Origin: an uncultured Desulfovibrio sp.
GTDB lineage: Bacteria; Desulfobacterota; Desulfovibrionia; Desulfovibrionales; Desulfovibrionaceae
NCBI RefSeq assembly: GCF_944327235.1
Contig: NZ_CALVHE010000002.1
Coordinates: 19,089 to 83,088, forward strand
DNA length: 64,000 bases
Direction: 5' to 3'
Part shown: one piece after another, positions 46,158-54,905 of the stretch
Position numbering within the stretch: the stretch's first letter is position 1
Layout: every line of letters begins with the position of its first letter
The notes under the pieces: model-generated
What the model was told of the DNA's origin: nothing
Database searches by the model: none
The model's input: the letters and a program-made list of their open reading frames with translations, nothing else
Made by a program: the position numbers and the translations under genes

Positions 46158-46175
46158 AGGGGCGGGAGAAAAGCC

Positions 46176-49100
46176 ATGTTTGAACGCATCAGTACGGCGC
46201 TTGTCGTCGTGAGTCTGTCTCGTCTGCGGAGTATGTTGCCGTCCGCGCTGGCGCTCCTGCTGCTGTGCGCCGCCACGGCCGGAGCGGCGATCCTGCAGCC
46301 GCCCGTGCCGCCTGTGCCGCCTGTGGCACTGACGGTCCCGGCCGGAGCCTCCCCGGACACGGTGCCGTCCCACCTGAGCCAGCCCAGTCTGGCGTTGCTG
46401 CCTTATCTTCAGGTCTATATCGACACGACGGGTGAGATGGATGTGGAAGAGGTGGCTGCCCTGCCGCCGGACAAGCATTTCACGCCGTTGGACGTGAAGC
46501 GTCTGCCGCGCGTGTCGGGGGTGACCTGGCTGCGCTTCGTGCTGGATGCCGCCGTGCCGGGACAGGAAAACAGCGCGATTCTCCTGGATATGGGGGAGAG
46601 CGTCCCCGGTACGCCCACGCTGTACAATCCATTGTTCGACACGTTGAGCAATACCGTGGAGTGGCGGGAGAACACGCCGACCTCCCGCAATGTCCTCCTG
46701 CTGCCGCGCGCGGGGGAAGAGGCGCAGGTCTGTTTCCTGCGGCTGGACGGGCTGCCGGGGCTGTGGTTCTCGCCCATGTTGCGCACGCCGCACAATGCCG
46801 CCACGGATCTTTCCGGTCTGGCCTCCAAGAGCGCGCTGGTCGCGCTGGCGGTGGTCATGCTGTTGTGTCTGCTGCGCGGACTGTCGGAGCACGGCCAGTG
46901 GCGCATCTGGACGGCCCTTTACGTCGCGGCCGCGCTCGTGCAGGGCTATTTCGGCGTCCCCGGCAACGGTTCCGGACACTTTTCTCTTGAGGATACGGCC
47001 GCTCTGCTGACGCCGGGACTGGCGCTCATGTTCCTGCCGCATGTGGGCCGCCATCTCATGCAGACGCGGGGCCATCATCGTTTCCTCGATGCGCAGTTCA
47101 TCCTGCTGGTGCTGCCCGGCGCAGCGCTGGCCCTGCTGCCGCTGGTGCCGGACATGGCCTGGACGGCGCGCTACCTGCCTCTCTGGCCTCTCGTCATGCT
47201 GTTGTGCGTGCCCACGGCCACAGCCGCCTGTCTGATGGGCCTGCCGGGAGCGCGGCGTTTCCTGCTGGGCATATTGCTGCCGCCGGCTGCCGTGGCGGCG
47301 TCCATCCTTGGGCTGGATTTCGGTTATGCGCCCGGCGTGCTGGCTTCGCTGCCCCTCTGGGGCACGGCCCTGAGCGCGCTCGTCATCGCCGCGACCGCCG
47401 TTCCTCGGCGGGAGGAGGACGAGGAAGAGGAGGATGCCCCCATCGATCTGACCATGCCGGCGGTCAGTACGGGGACGTTGCTGGTCGATGACGGGCCGCT
47501 GAGTCTGGGGACACCCCAGCGCTCGGAGCAGCTCCCACTGCTGGATGATCCCAATCTGCGTCTGGTCTCTTCCAGCGAGGAGGGCATAGCCTTGCCCCGC
47601 ATGGAAGAGGACGTGCCGCAGCCTGAACCTGTCCCGGTGTCGCCCCGGACGGAAACGCCGCCCGCGCGGTCCGCACGTCCCGCGGCCGACCCGCTGGATG
47701 CCGAGCGTCTGGAGGAGGCCCTGCGGCGTCCGCTGGATGATCTCATGCGGGAGAGCGCCGTACTGGAGCAGTGCTCCCTGCCGCCTTCGGCGCGGGAGAC
47801 GGCCCGCAACATGACCTCGGCCGCCCGGCAGATGCTGGCCGTGTTGCGGGATCCCGCAAGCGTCCTGCCCGGCGTGTCCGCTCCGGCCCTGCAGGAGACG
47901 TTCGATCTGCAGGAGCTCATGCGCTCAGTCCATGATTCCGTGGCCGCAGCCGCGGAAAACAGCGGCATCGCGCTGGCCTGGTACATGCCTCCCTATCTGC
48001 CGTCTTTTTACAGCGGCGAGTATCAGGCGCTGGATGCGGTGTTGCGCGAACTGCTGGAAAGCGCCGTCCGTGCCACGCGGCAGGGCGCTGTGCACTTTTC
48101 GGTGCGACGTGTGCCGGACAGCGACGATCCCGGTCATCTGCTGTTCACCGTGCAGGACAGCGGGTCCGGCACGCCTCCCGCCGAACGTTCCAGCCTGGCC
48201 TTGAGCCATGCGTGGGAGCTGGCCGGACGGAGCAACGGTTTCCTGAGCGCCGAGTGCGGCATACGCGGAGCGACCATCGCCTTTACCCTGCATCTGGAGC
48301 CTGTGGACGGCGTAGCGGAAGTGCCGACGGCCCCGGCGGAGCATACGGGCAAGAGCGCGCGACGGGCGCGCATACTGGTGTGTACGCCCGGCGCCATGGA
48401 TCGTCAGGCGTTGGTGCATATGCTGGATGGCCTGGCCTGCGTGGTCCTGCAGGCGCGCACCCTGCCGGAAGCGCTGGCCCTGCATGAGCAGCGTCCGGTC
48501 ACCATGCTGATCGCGTCGGGTACGCAGGTGTCCGTCAAGGCGCAGGAAACGCTGGAGCGTTTCCGCCAGCGGGCCACGGCGGCGCATCTGCCGGTATTCG
48601 GGGCCATCGCCGTCACCGGGGACGACAGCCAGTGGGATGCGCTGGCCGGAGCGGGCTTCACGCACGCCCTGCTGGAACCTGTGGATCGCGAGGCCCTGCG
48701 CCAGACGGTGCGTGAGATCCTGGAAGCCTTCTTCGGCAGCCAGGGCGAGGAAGCCGCACCGGCATCCGGGGGGGCGTCGGGACATCCCGCCGGATTCCCG
48801 CCGCTCTCCGGTCTGTTGACGCCGCAGTCCCCCAGACGGGAGGAAGCGCGGGAACGGGCGGCCGAGCATGAGGCGGTTGCGGAGGCCGTGTCCGCGGCTG
48901 AGGATGTCGCGCCCGAGGCCGGGGAACAGGAGGCGGGACCGGAGCCTGCCCTTGAGGAGGCCGCTGCCGCGCCCGTTGAGGAACCCGTGCTGCCGGTCAC
49001 GGACGATCTCCCGGTCGAGCCGACCCCTGTCGTGGAATCGGTGTCCGATGACGTGCGGTCGCAGACTGCGGACCCGTCGGAAGGCTCGTCCGCCGAAGAC

Positions 49101-50540
49101 TTGCCGACTATCGACAATCAATGGGGAGCGGCTCCGGCGGCCTCCGTTTCGGAAGAGCTGCCGTCGTTGGATAACCAATGGGGGCAGACCGTGCCCACGA
49201 CATACGTAAAGAGCGGCGAGGCCGCGCCTGACAGCGCCGACGCCTCGGCCGAGCTTGCGGAAGCTCCCGCCCAGGAGACCGAGGTGCCGGTCCCGACGGA
49301 GACGGCGGCCTCCGTGTCTGTCGAGGCCGCGACGACCGTCGAAGAGCTCGTGCCGTCCGGGGCGGAGCGGGACGTGGAGACGGACCTGTCGTCCGCAGCC
49401 GAAGAAAACGTTTCTGAGCCTCAGACTGAAAACCTGCCGCCTCTTGGGGAAGATGCGGTAATGTCCGCGCCTGCGGAGACGGCCGCTCCGTCAGGAGTCA
49501 TGGCGTCCGGAACGGATGCGATGACGGCGGAAGAGTCCGCCGAGGCTCCCGGCACCGGAGGCATGGCTGCCGCGTCGCCTCTTTCGTCCTCTCCCGCGGA
49601 CGCTTCTCCGCTGGCGACGCCGTCCCCCGCTTCGGGAGGATTCATCGAGTGGGTGGGAGAACCCACGCCCATCCCGTCCAGCCGTCCCAGAGCCGAAGTG
49701 CCGCGCAAACCCGCGCAGCCGGCGGAAACGGCAGCCTCTACCGGTGCCGCGCAGCCGGTCACGCTGACCATGCAGGAGGCCCTCAAGGCTGCGGAGCAGG
49801 AGCAGAAGGCAGGCTCGCGGGCGGGAGCCATCCCGCAGACGCGCCAGACGTCACTGGAGATGCCTGCCGACAACGACGCCAATGAAGAAAGCGGAACCGG
49901 CGTGCCGTCCTTCCTGAGGCGGGTGCTGGGACGCCTGCAGGGACAGGGCGACAGCGCCGGTGCGCCCTCGGGGCCCCAGAGCGGTCGTGCCAGAGCCGCT
50001 GATGCTCGTCGCAGAGCGGCTGCGGCGGCTCGTGCGGGCGGCCCCGCCTCGTCCGCTCCCGCCGTATCCGCAACGGCGGTTCCCGCTCCCGCCGTCGGCG
50101 GCCATGCGGCTCCCGTGAGCGCGCCGTCCGTGGAAAAACCTGCGGTTGCCATGCCGTCGCCTCTGGCTTCGCCCCTGTCCCAGCCGCAGCCAGCCATGCC
50201 GTCTGAGACCGTCGTGCCGGATGCGCCCGCCGCACCGGCGCCCGGCAGTGGGGCGGACGCCGCGGATCAGGAGATGCTGGATCTCGTGGCCCGCTTTGAT
50301 GCGGCCGTCCGCAAGGCGCAGCAGGCCTTTGCCAACGGCAATTGTCTGACGGTCGCCGTGGCGGCGGAGAGCATCGCCCGTGACGCGGACGCCTACGGTT
50401 TCCGTTCGCTGGGACGTATGGCGCGCTGTGTGGAGCAGGCCGGCCGCCACGAGGATCTGGGAGCACTGCGGGATCTGCTGCCCGATCTGGTGGCGCAGGT
50501 GGAGCGTAACCGCATCGCCATCCAGAAAGAATTGCGCTGA
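46176..50540 (+). CDS. Giant 7TM-receptor-type hybrid sensor kinase-like protein with apparently degenerate phosphorelay motifs
   Basis: Start ATG 46176. Domain order: signal peptide, about 200-aa periplasmic domain, about 7 TM segments, acidic linker, HisKA-like segment (…LEEALRRPLDDL…), HATPase-like segment (LLESAVRAT…VQDSGSGT), receiver-like segment (RILVCTPG…MLIASG…LLEPVD), about 500-aa Ala/Pro/Glu/Ser low-complexity region, and a helical C-terminal Hpt-like segment. Confidence 0.8.
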   Translation: MFERISTALVVVSLSRLRSMLPSALALLLLCAATAGAAILQPPVPPVPPVALTVPAGASPDTVPSHLSQPSLALLPYLQVYIDTTGEMDVEEVAALPPDKHFTPLDVKRLPRVSGVTWLRFVLDAAVPGQENSAILLDMGESVPGTPTLYNPLFDTLSNTVEWRENTPTSRNVLLLPRAGEEAQVCFLRLDGLPGLWFSPMLRTPHNAATDLSGLASKSALVALAVVMLLCLLRGLSEHGQWRIWTALYVAAALVQGYFGVPGNGSGHFSLEDTAALLTPGLALMFLPHVGRHLMQTRGHHRFLDAQFILLVLPGAALALLPLVPDMAWTARYLPLWPLVMLLCVPTATAACLMGLPGARRFLLGILLPPAAVAASILGLDFGYAPGVLASLPLWGTALSALVIAATAVPRREEDEEEEDAPIDLTMPAVSTGTLLVDDGPLSLGTPQRSEQLPLLDDPNLRLVSSSEEGIALPRMEEDVPQPEPVPVSPRTETPPARSARPAADPLDAERLEEALRRPLDDLMRESAVLEQCSLPPSARETARNMTSAARQMLAVLRDPASVLPGVSAPALQETFDLQELMRSVHDSVAAAAENSGIALAWYMPPYLPSFYSGEYQALDAVLRELLESAVRATRQGAVHFSVRRVPDSDDPGHLLFTVQDSGSGTPPAERSSLALSHAWELAGRSNGFLSAECGIRGATIAFTLHLEPVDGVAEVPTAPAEHTGKSARRARILVCTPGAMDRQALVHMLDGLACVVLQARTLPEALALHEQRPVTMLIASGTQVSVKAQETLERFRQRATAAHLPVFGAIAVTGDDSQWDALAGAGFTHALLEPVDREALRQTVREILEAFFGSQGEEAAPASGGASGHPAGFPPLSGLLTPQSPRREEARERAAEHEAVAEAVSAAEDVAPEAGEQEAGPEPALEEAAAAPVEEPVLPVTDDLPVEPTPVVESVSDDVRSQTADPSEGSSAEDLPTIDNQWGAAPAASVSEELPSLDNQWGQTVPTTYVKSGEAAPDSADASAELAEAPAQETEVPVPTETAASVSVEAATTVEELVPSGAERDVETDLSSAAEENVSEPQTENLPPLGEDAVMSAPAETAAPSGVMASGTDAMTAEESAEAPGTGGMAAASPLSSSPADASPLATPSPASGGFIEWVGEPTPIPSSRPRAEVPRKPAQPAETAASTGAAQPVTLTMQEALKAAEQEQKAGSRAGAIPQTRQTSLEMPADNDANEESGTGVPSFLRRVLGRLQGQGDSAGAPSGPQSGRARAADARRRAAAAARAGGPASSAPAVSATAVPAPAVGGHAAPVSAPSVEKPAVAMPSPLASPLSQPQPAMPSETVVPDAPAAPAPGSGADAADQEMLDLVARFDAAVRKAQQAFANGNCLTVAVAAESIARDADAYGFRSLGRMARCVEQAGRHEDLGALRDLLPDLVAQVERNRIAIQKELR

Positions 50541-50583
50541 GTCCTTCCGGCCCGCCACGGCGGGCCGGAAAACGGTTGTCGCC

Positions 50584-52017
50584 ATGTGGGATACGCTTCA
50601 TCCTGTGCAGCTCGTGCTGCTGCTCCTCTTCCATCTGCTGGCCTGGGGCGCTGCCGGTCATGCGGTGCTGACCAAGCGCGATCCGCGGTCGGCGCTGGGC
50701 TGGTCGGCGGCACTGATCTTCCTGCCTGTGGTGGGGCTGCTGCTCTACCTGACCTTCGGCATCAGTCGGACCCAGAGCGCCGCCCAGCGCATGATGCGCA
50801 GGCTGGCGGCCGGAGAACCGTATATGCCCCTCACGGGGGAGAGCCCGCGGCGTCCGCGGGACATCCCCGCACAGGCCGTGCTGCTGGAGCGGCTGGGCCG
50901 CCGTCTGACGGGACAGGAATTGTGCGGCGGCAACCGCATCGAGCCGTTGCGCAACGGCAATGAAGCCTACCCCGCCATGCTGCGCGCCATCCATGCGGCC
51001 CGGCGCTATGTCTACCTGTCCACGTATATCTTTGCCCACGGCAGCACGGCGGAGGCTTTTTGCGAGGCGCTCGCCCTGGCGGCGGCACGCGGCGTGGATG
51101 TGCGTGTGCTGGTGGACGGCTTCGGCGGGCGTTTCTATTCCCTGCGCCGTCCCTGGGCGCATCTGGCCGGAAGAGGCGTGCGGGTGGCGCAGTTCCTGCC
51201 GCTGCAGCTCATGCCGCCCAAGCTGTGCATCAATCTGCGGACGCACCGCAAACTGCTCGTTTGCGATGAGGTGGCCTTTACCGGCGGCATGAACATCTCG
51301 GATCACCATGTGCTGTCCGGACGGAAGAACGATATGCAGGACATGCAGTTCCGTTGCAGCGGCCCCATCGTTTTGCAGCTCTTGCGGGCCTTCCTGCTGG
51401 ATTGGGGATTTGCATCGGGGCATCCGGAACCCTTGCCGACTTCGGCCGTCCCGGGCGCGTCCGACGGGGAAAGCCTGTGCCGCATGGTGCTGGACGGCCC
51501 GGACTCCGATGATGATACCCTCAATGATCTCATGGCCGGAGCCATCAGCGGAGCGACGCGCAGCGTCCACATCATGACGCCCTATTTCCTGCCGTCGCAC
51601 GAGCTGATGACCAGCCTGCGCAGCGCGGCGCAGCGGGGGCTGGACGTGCGGGTCATCCTGCCGGAGCGCAACAATCTGCCCTATGTGCACTGGGCGACCT
51701 TCCGCCTGCTGCCTTCCCTGCTGCGGGCGGGGGTGCGGGTATGGCATCAGCCGCCGCCTTTTGCCCACACCAAGCTGCTGGCGGTGGACGGCTACTATGC
51801 CCAGATCGGTTCGGCCAATCTGGATGCCCGCAGCTTGCGCCTGAATTTCGAGCTGAATATGGAGGTCTTTGATCCGCGATTCCATGATCTGCTCGTACAG
51901 CACATGCTGGAAGCCGCGGGCCGGGGCCGGGAGGTGACGCTGTCCCGTCTGGCCGCGCGCAGCCTGCCGCTGCGCCTGCGGGATGCCGCCTGCTGGCTGT
52001 TCTCGCCCTATCTGTAG
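50584..52017 (+). CDS. cls: Cardiolipin synthase (PLD superfamily)
   Basis: Start ATG 50584. Two N-terminal TM segments and two HKD motifs (THRKLLVCDE and AHTKLLAVDG). Confidence 0.9.
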   Translation: MWDTLHPVQLVLLLLFHLLAWGAAGHAVLTKRDPRSALGWSAALIFLPVVGLLLYLTFGISRTQSAAQRMMRRLAAGEPYMPLTGESPRRPRDIPAQAVLLERLGRRLTGQELCGGNRIEPLRNGNEAYPAMLRAIHAARRYVYLSTYIFAHGSTAEAFCEALALAAARGVDVRVLVDGFGGRFYSLRRPWAHLAGRGVRVAQFLPLQLMPPKLCINLRTHRKLLVCDEVAFTGGMNISDHHVLSGRKNDMQDMQFRCSGPIVLQLLRAFLLDWGFASGHPEPLPTSAVPGASDGESLCRMVLDGPDSDDDTLNDLMAGAISGATRSVHIMTPYFLPSHELMTSLRSAAQRGLDVRVILPERNNLPYVHWATFRLLPSLLRAGVRVWHQPPPFAHTKLLAVDGYYAQIGSANLDARSLRLNFELNMEVFDPRFHDLLVQHMLEAAGRGREVTLSRLAARSLPLRLRDAACWLFSPYL

Positions 52018-52032
52018 GGGGCTCTCCCACGC

Positions 52033-52827
52033 TCAGGGCAGCCAGCGCACGAGTCCCTTGGGGAAATCCGGGGGCAGCTCGTCCTCTTCGACTTTCTTGA
52101 TCTTGAAACGGACGCGTCCGCCGCTGTGGTCGGTATACTCAAGATAGCTATAGGTCTCTCCCAATCCCAGGAATGGTTCGTGGATCCCCTCCCTGAACTC
52201 AGGGTGCGGCTCCGCTGAGGATTCCCCGAGCAGGGGCCTGAGGTCACTGCCGTCTTTTTCCGTCATCAGGTATTCCCCATAAATGCGTCCATTACGCTCG
52301 CCATACACGGTAACAAGATAATAATTGCCGTACACGCGCCGCCACTGCAGCACATAGCGTCCCCCTTTCATATTTTGCCGGCCTGCGTAGTAGGTATCCG
52401 CGGGCGGGTCATCGGGAGCGTGGAGGGTCGTGCCGTCTTCAAAGCGGACCCAGTAGGGCGCAGCTTTCCCGTCCGCCTCCATGCCCGTGAAACTGCGTCG
52501 TTCCGGATTGTCGAGGTAGGAGATGTTTCTGACTGAGATCCCTTTCGGATCTGTGAGGGAGTAGATCGAGATGGTGGCGATCTTGAGTTTGTCCCCTTGC
52601 GGGACGCTCATGACGACATTCTCGTACTCGCCTCCTTTCAGCATGGGGTGGACGTAGGGAGCGGACGGGTCTGTGGAATGGATATACGGGATGAGCGCCT
52701 CGAGGGGCACCCAGGAGTCCCTGAAAAGATAATATTTGGCCTCCTGTGTGGGCTCTGCCGCGCAGGGGCTGGTCAGGAGCAGGATAAGCGGGAACGCCAG
52801 GCTCAGGCGTCGTCGGAAAGCGGACAT
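52033..52827 (-). CDS. Secreted hypothetical protein, tandem paralog 1
   Basis: Signal peptide MSAFRRRLSLAFPLILLLTSPCAAEP. Shares WRRVYGNYY, DLRPLLGESSAEPHP and the C-terminal LPPDFPKGLVRWLP with the neighbouring gene. Confidence 0.7.
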   Translation of the reverse strand: MSAFRRRLSLAFPLILLLTSPCAAEPTQEAKYYLFRDSWVPLEALIPYIHSTDPSAPYVHPMLKGGEYENVVMSVPQGDKLKIATISIYSLTDPKGISVRNISYLDNPERRSFTGMEADGKAAPYWVRFEDGTTLHAPDDPPADTYYAGRQNMKGGRYVLQWRRVYGNYYLVTVYGERNGRIYGEYLMTEKDGSDLRPLLGESSAEPHPEFREGIHEPFLGLGETYSYLEYTDHSGGRVRFKIKKVEEDELPPDFPKGLVRWLP

Positions 52828-52902
52828 GATGACCTCCTGTGGGGTGCTGCGTCAGGATGCGGCGGGAGCGCCCGCCGTCCGGGAAGGCGAGCGGGGCCGC
52901 GC

Positions 52903-53715
52903 TCAGGGCAGCCAGCGCACGAGTCCCTTGGGGAAATCCGGGGGCAGGTCCTTCTCCTGGACCACCTTGATCTTGTAGCGGATGCGCTTGCCGTCTTGAT
53001 CGGTAGCGTCGAAATAGGGGGCAAGGTCCGCATCGGATGCCACGGTCTTGCGGCAGGTCGTGAAGTCAGGATGCGGCTCCGCCGAGGATTCCCCAAGCAG
53101 GGGCCTGAGATCCTTGCCGTTTTCCTCTGTGATCAGGTATTCCGCAAGCACGAGTTCCCGGGCGTATTTGGTGACGAAATAATAATTTCCGTACACGCGC
53201 CGCCACCGCAGATAGAAACGCGCCTCGGGTATGACATTATTGCCGCGGGAATATTTGCCTACTTCGCCTGTGAAATAGGCGTCTGCCGGCGGGTCGCAGA
53301 AAACATGAAGGGCCGTGTCGCGATCAAAGGTGACGGCGAACGGGGACTGACTGTCAAGCGGCGTCGTTTGCGCCATGCCTGTAAAAATGCGCCGCTCCGG
53401 GTTCTCGAGGTACAGGATCTGCGAAACGAAAGGCCCTTCCTTGTCTGCAATGAATTCCGGCGGGAAGAGGGCGGCCTTGAGGATGTCCCCCTCCTGGACG
53501 GTCATGACGATGAACGAGTAGATGCCAGTGTTATGGATGCGGGGAGCGGACGGGTCGCTGGCACGCAGGTAGGACGCGAACTTTTCGAGGGAGATGCGGG
53601 AGTTCAGGTTGATGATGTTGTATTTTGGCCCCTGTGCGGGCTCTGCCGCGCAGGGGCTGGCCAGGAGCAGGATGAACGAGAACGCAAGGCTCAGGCGTCG
53701 CCGGAAAGCGGACAT
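52903..53715 (-). CDS. Secreted hypothetical protein, tandem paralog 2
   Basis: Signal peptide MSAFRRRLSLAFSFILLLASPCAAEP, with the same conserved blocks and identical last 14 aa as paralog 1. Confidence 0.7.
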   Translation of the reverse strand: MSAFRRRLSLAFSFILLLASPCAAEPAQGPKYNIINLNSRISLEKFASYLRASDPSAPRIHNTGIYSFIVMTVQEGDILKAALFPPEFIADKEGPFVSQILYLENPERRIFTGMAQTTPLDSQSPFAVTFDRDTALHVFCDPPADAYFTGEVGKYSRGNNVIPEARFYLRWRRVYGNYYFVTKYARELVLAEYLITEENGKDLRPLLGESSAEPHPDFTTCRKTVASDADLAPYFDATDQDGKRIRYKIKVVQEKDLPPDFPKGLVRWLP

Positions 53716-53766
53716 GATGACCTCCTTTGGTGGGGGGCATGGGATACGGGGGCCGTCCCGGTACCG

Positions 53767-53791
53767 AAAAAAAAAACGGCAACCCTGCCGT
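53767..53791 (-). terminator. Rho-independent terminator (minus strand) downstream of the methyltransferase gene and MITE copy D
   Basis: The minus strand reads ACGGCA-GGGT-TGCCGT followed by T10. Confidence 0.6.
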
Positions 53792-53926
53792 CAGGCGTAC
53801 GTGAACGCCAGACTGAAGGTGGGCTGCCTTTTCTTGCGGCAATATGGAGCGTTTCGTCCGGCAGAGGGCGGTCTTTCTTGCCGCGGCAAAAAAAGAGCCC
53901 TCGCCATGATCCGCCTCCTGTCCCTT

Positions 53927-54069
53927 GAGCAATTTTAGTTTGAAACGCTGTGCGTTGCAAACCATACGGCCTGGCGTTTCGCGGAAAAACGCGGTGTTTC
54001 CGCTCACTTTTGGCCAAGCGGCGCTGTGCCGCCGCCTCGCGCTTTATCTTTTTCAACGATAAAACGCTC
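53927..54069 (-). mobile_element. MITE-like repeat R1, copy D (inverted orientation)
   Basis: The reverse complement aligns along its full length with copies A-C. TA at 54070-71. Its first base completes the TAG stop (54069-54071) of the methyltransferase gene. The left hairpin carries compensatory changes (TTTATC/GATAAA versus TTTGCC/GGCAAA). Confidence 0.78.
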
Positions 54070-54737
54070 TACCGGGAGGGATGCAGACGCTGTACGCGCG
54101 CCGGGGGCAGATTGATGAGGACGCGCCGCGTGCGGTCCGGCACGAAACCGGCCTGACTGAGCGGCGTCCGGCCCCAGAGGGCGTATGTGAACTGGACGAC
54201 GCAGCCTTCCGCATCCAGACATTGCCGCATGGCGGTCATGATGCCTGCCCGGCATTCCGGGGGCAGACTGAGCAGGGGCAGGGAAGAGACTATGGCCGCC
54301 ACGCGTCTGCCCTGCGGCAGATATTCGGGCAGGCGCATGGCGTCTCCCTGAACGACGGGCACATGCGGGAAGCGATCCTGCAACATACGGCAGAAGGTGG
54401 GCATCCGTTCGATGAGCAGCAGCCGCTGGGCCGGGATGCCCTTTTGCAGCAACGCCCGGGTGACCACTCCCGTGCCCGGCCCCAGTTCCACCACAAGGTC
54501 CTGTCCCTGGATGACGGACGGAGGCAGGAGGTTCGTCATGGTCTGGGCGAGGGCCGCGCTGCTGGGACAGACCGCTCCCACGCCGTGCGGCGCGCGGACC
54601 ATCTGCCGCCAGAAGGCCCCGAAGGAGGCCGCCATGCCAAGCACGCCCCCGTTACCGGCGTAACGGCCCCAGTCGGCGCGCAGATTGCGCCAGGTATTGC
54701 TCAGGCGTTGTTGCGTAAGATGTGCTAAACGGGTCAT
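54069..54737 (-). CDS. Class I SAM-dependent methyltransferase (phospholipid N-methyltransferase / rRNA adenine dimethylase-like fold)
   Basis: Start ATG 54737. VVELGPGTGVVT motif I, and LLLIE and VVQGDA blocks. Confidence 0.72.
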   Translation of the reverse strand: MTRLAHLTQQRLSNTWRNLRADWGRYAGNGGVLGMAASFGAFWRQMVRAPHGVGAVCPSSAALAQTMTNLLPPSVIQGQDLVVELGPGTGVVTRALLQKGIPAQRLLLIERMPTFCRMLQDRFPHVPVVQGDAMRLPEYLPQGRRVAAIVSSLPLLSLPPECRAGIMTAMRQCLDAEGCVVQFTYALWGRTPLSQAGFVPDRTRRVLINLPPARVQRLHPSR

Positions 54738-54905
54738 GCCGAATCCTTTACTGTCTTGCGGCGCGAAAGCCGTGCATCCCGGACGCAGCATAGCCGCAAA
54801 CGCCTGCGGACGCCAGTCTTTCCCGGCGGCTTTTCCTGACCGGCAGCATACGGCGTCTCCCGTCAGCCAAGCGTCATGCGTGCGGGATCGGAACGTGCGG
54901 CGTCC

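Noticed and set aside
45857-46162. CCCTAGGG at both borders of R2 copy c3, and CTAA after copy c1, suggested an IS5-like CTAG/CTAA target duplication.
   Set aside because: Other copies do not show matching flanks (TTAG versus CTGG at copy c2). I could not find convincing terminal inverted repeats, and part of the motif (AGGCCCT) belongs to the conserved element tail.
50545-50570. 12-bp GC stem (TTCCGGCCCGCC-ACG-GCGGGCCGGAA) between the giant sensor gene and cls, considered as a terminator.
   Set aside because: No U-tract follows, and cls starts 14 nt later. It is more likely an mRNA-stabilising or processing hairpin within a co-transcript, so it is not reported as a terminator.
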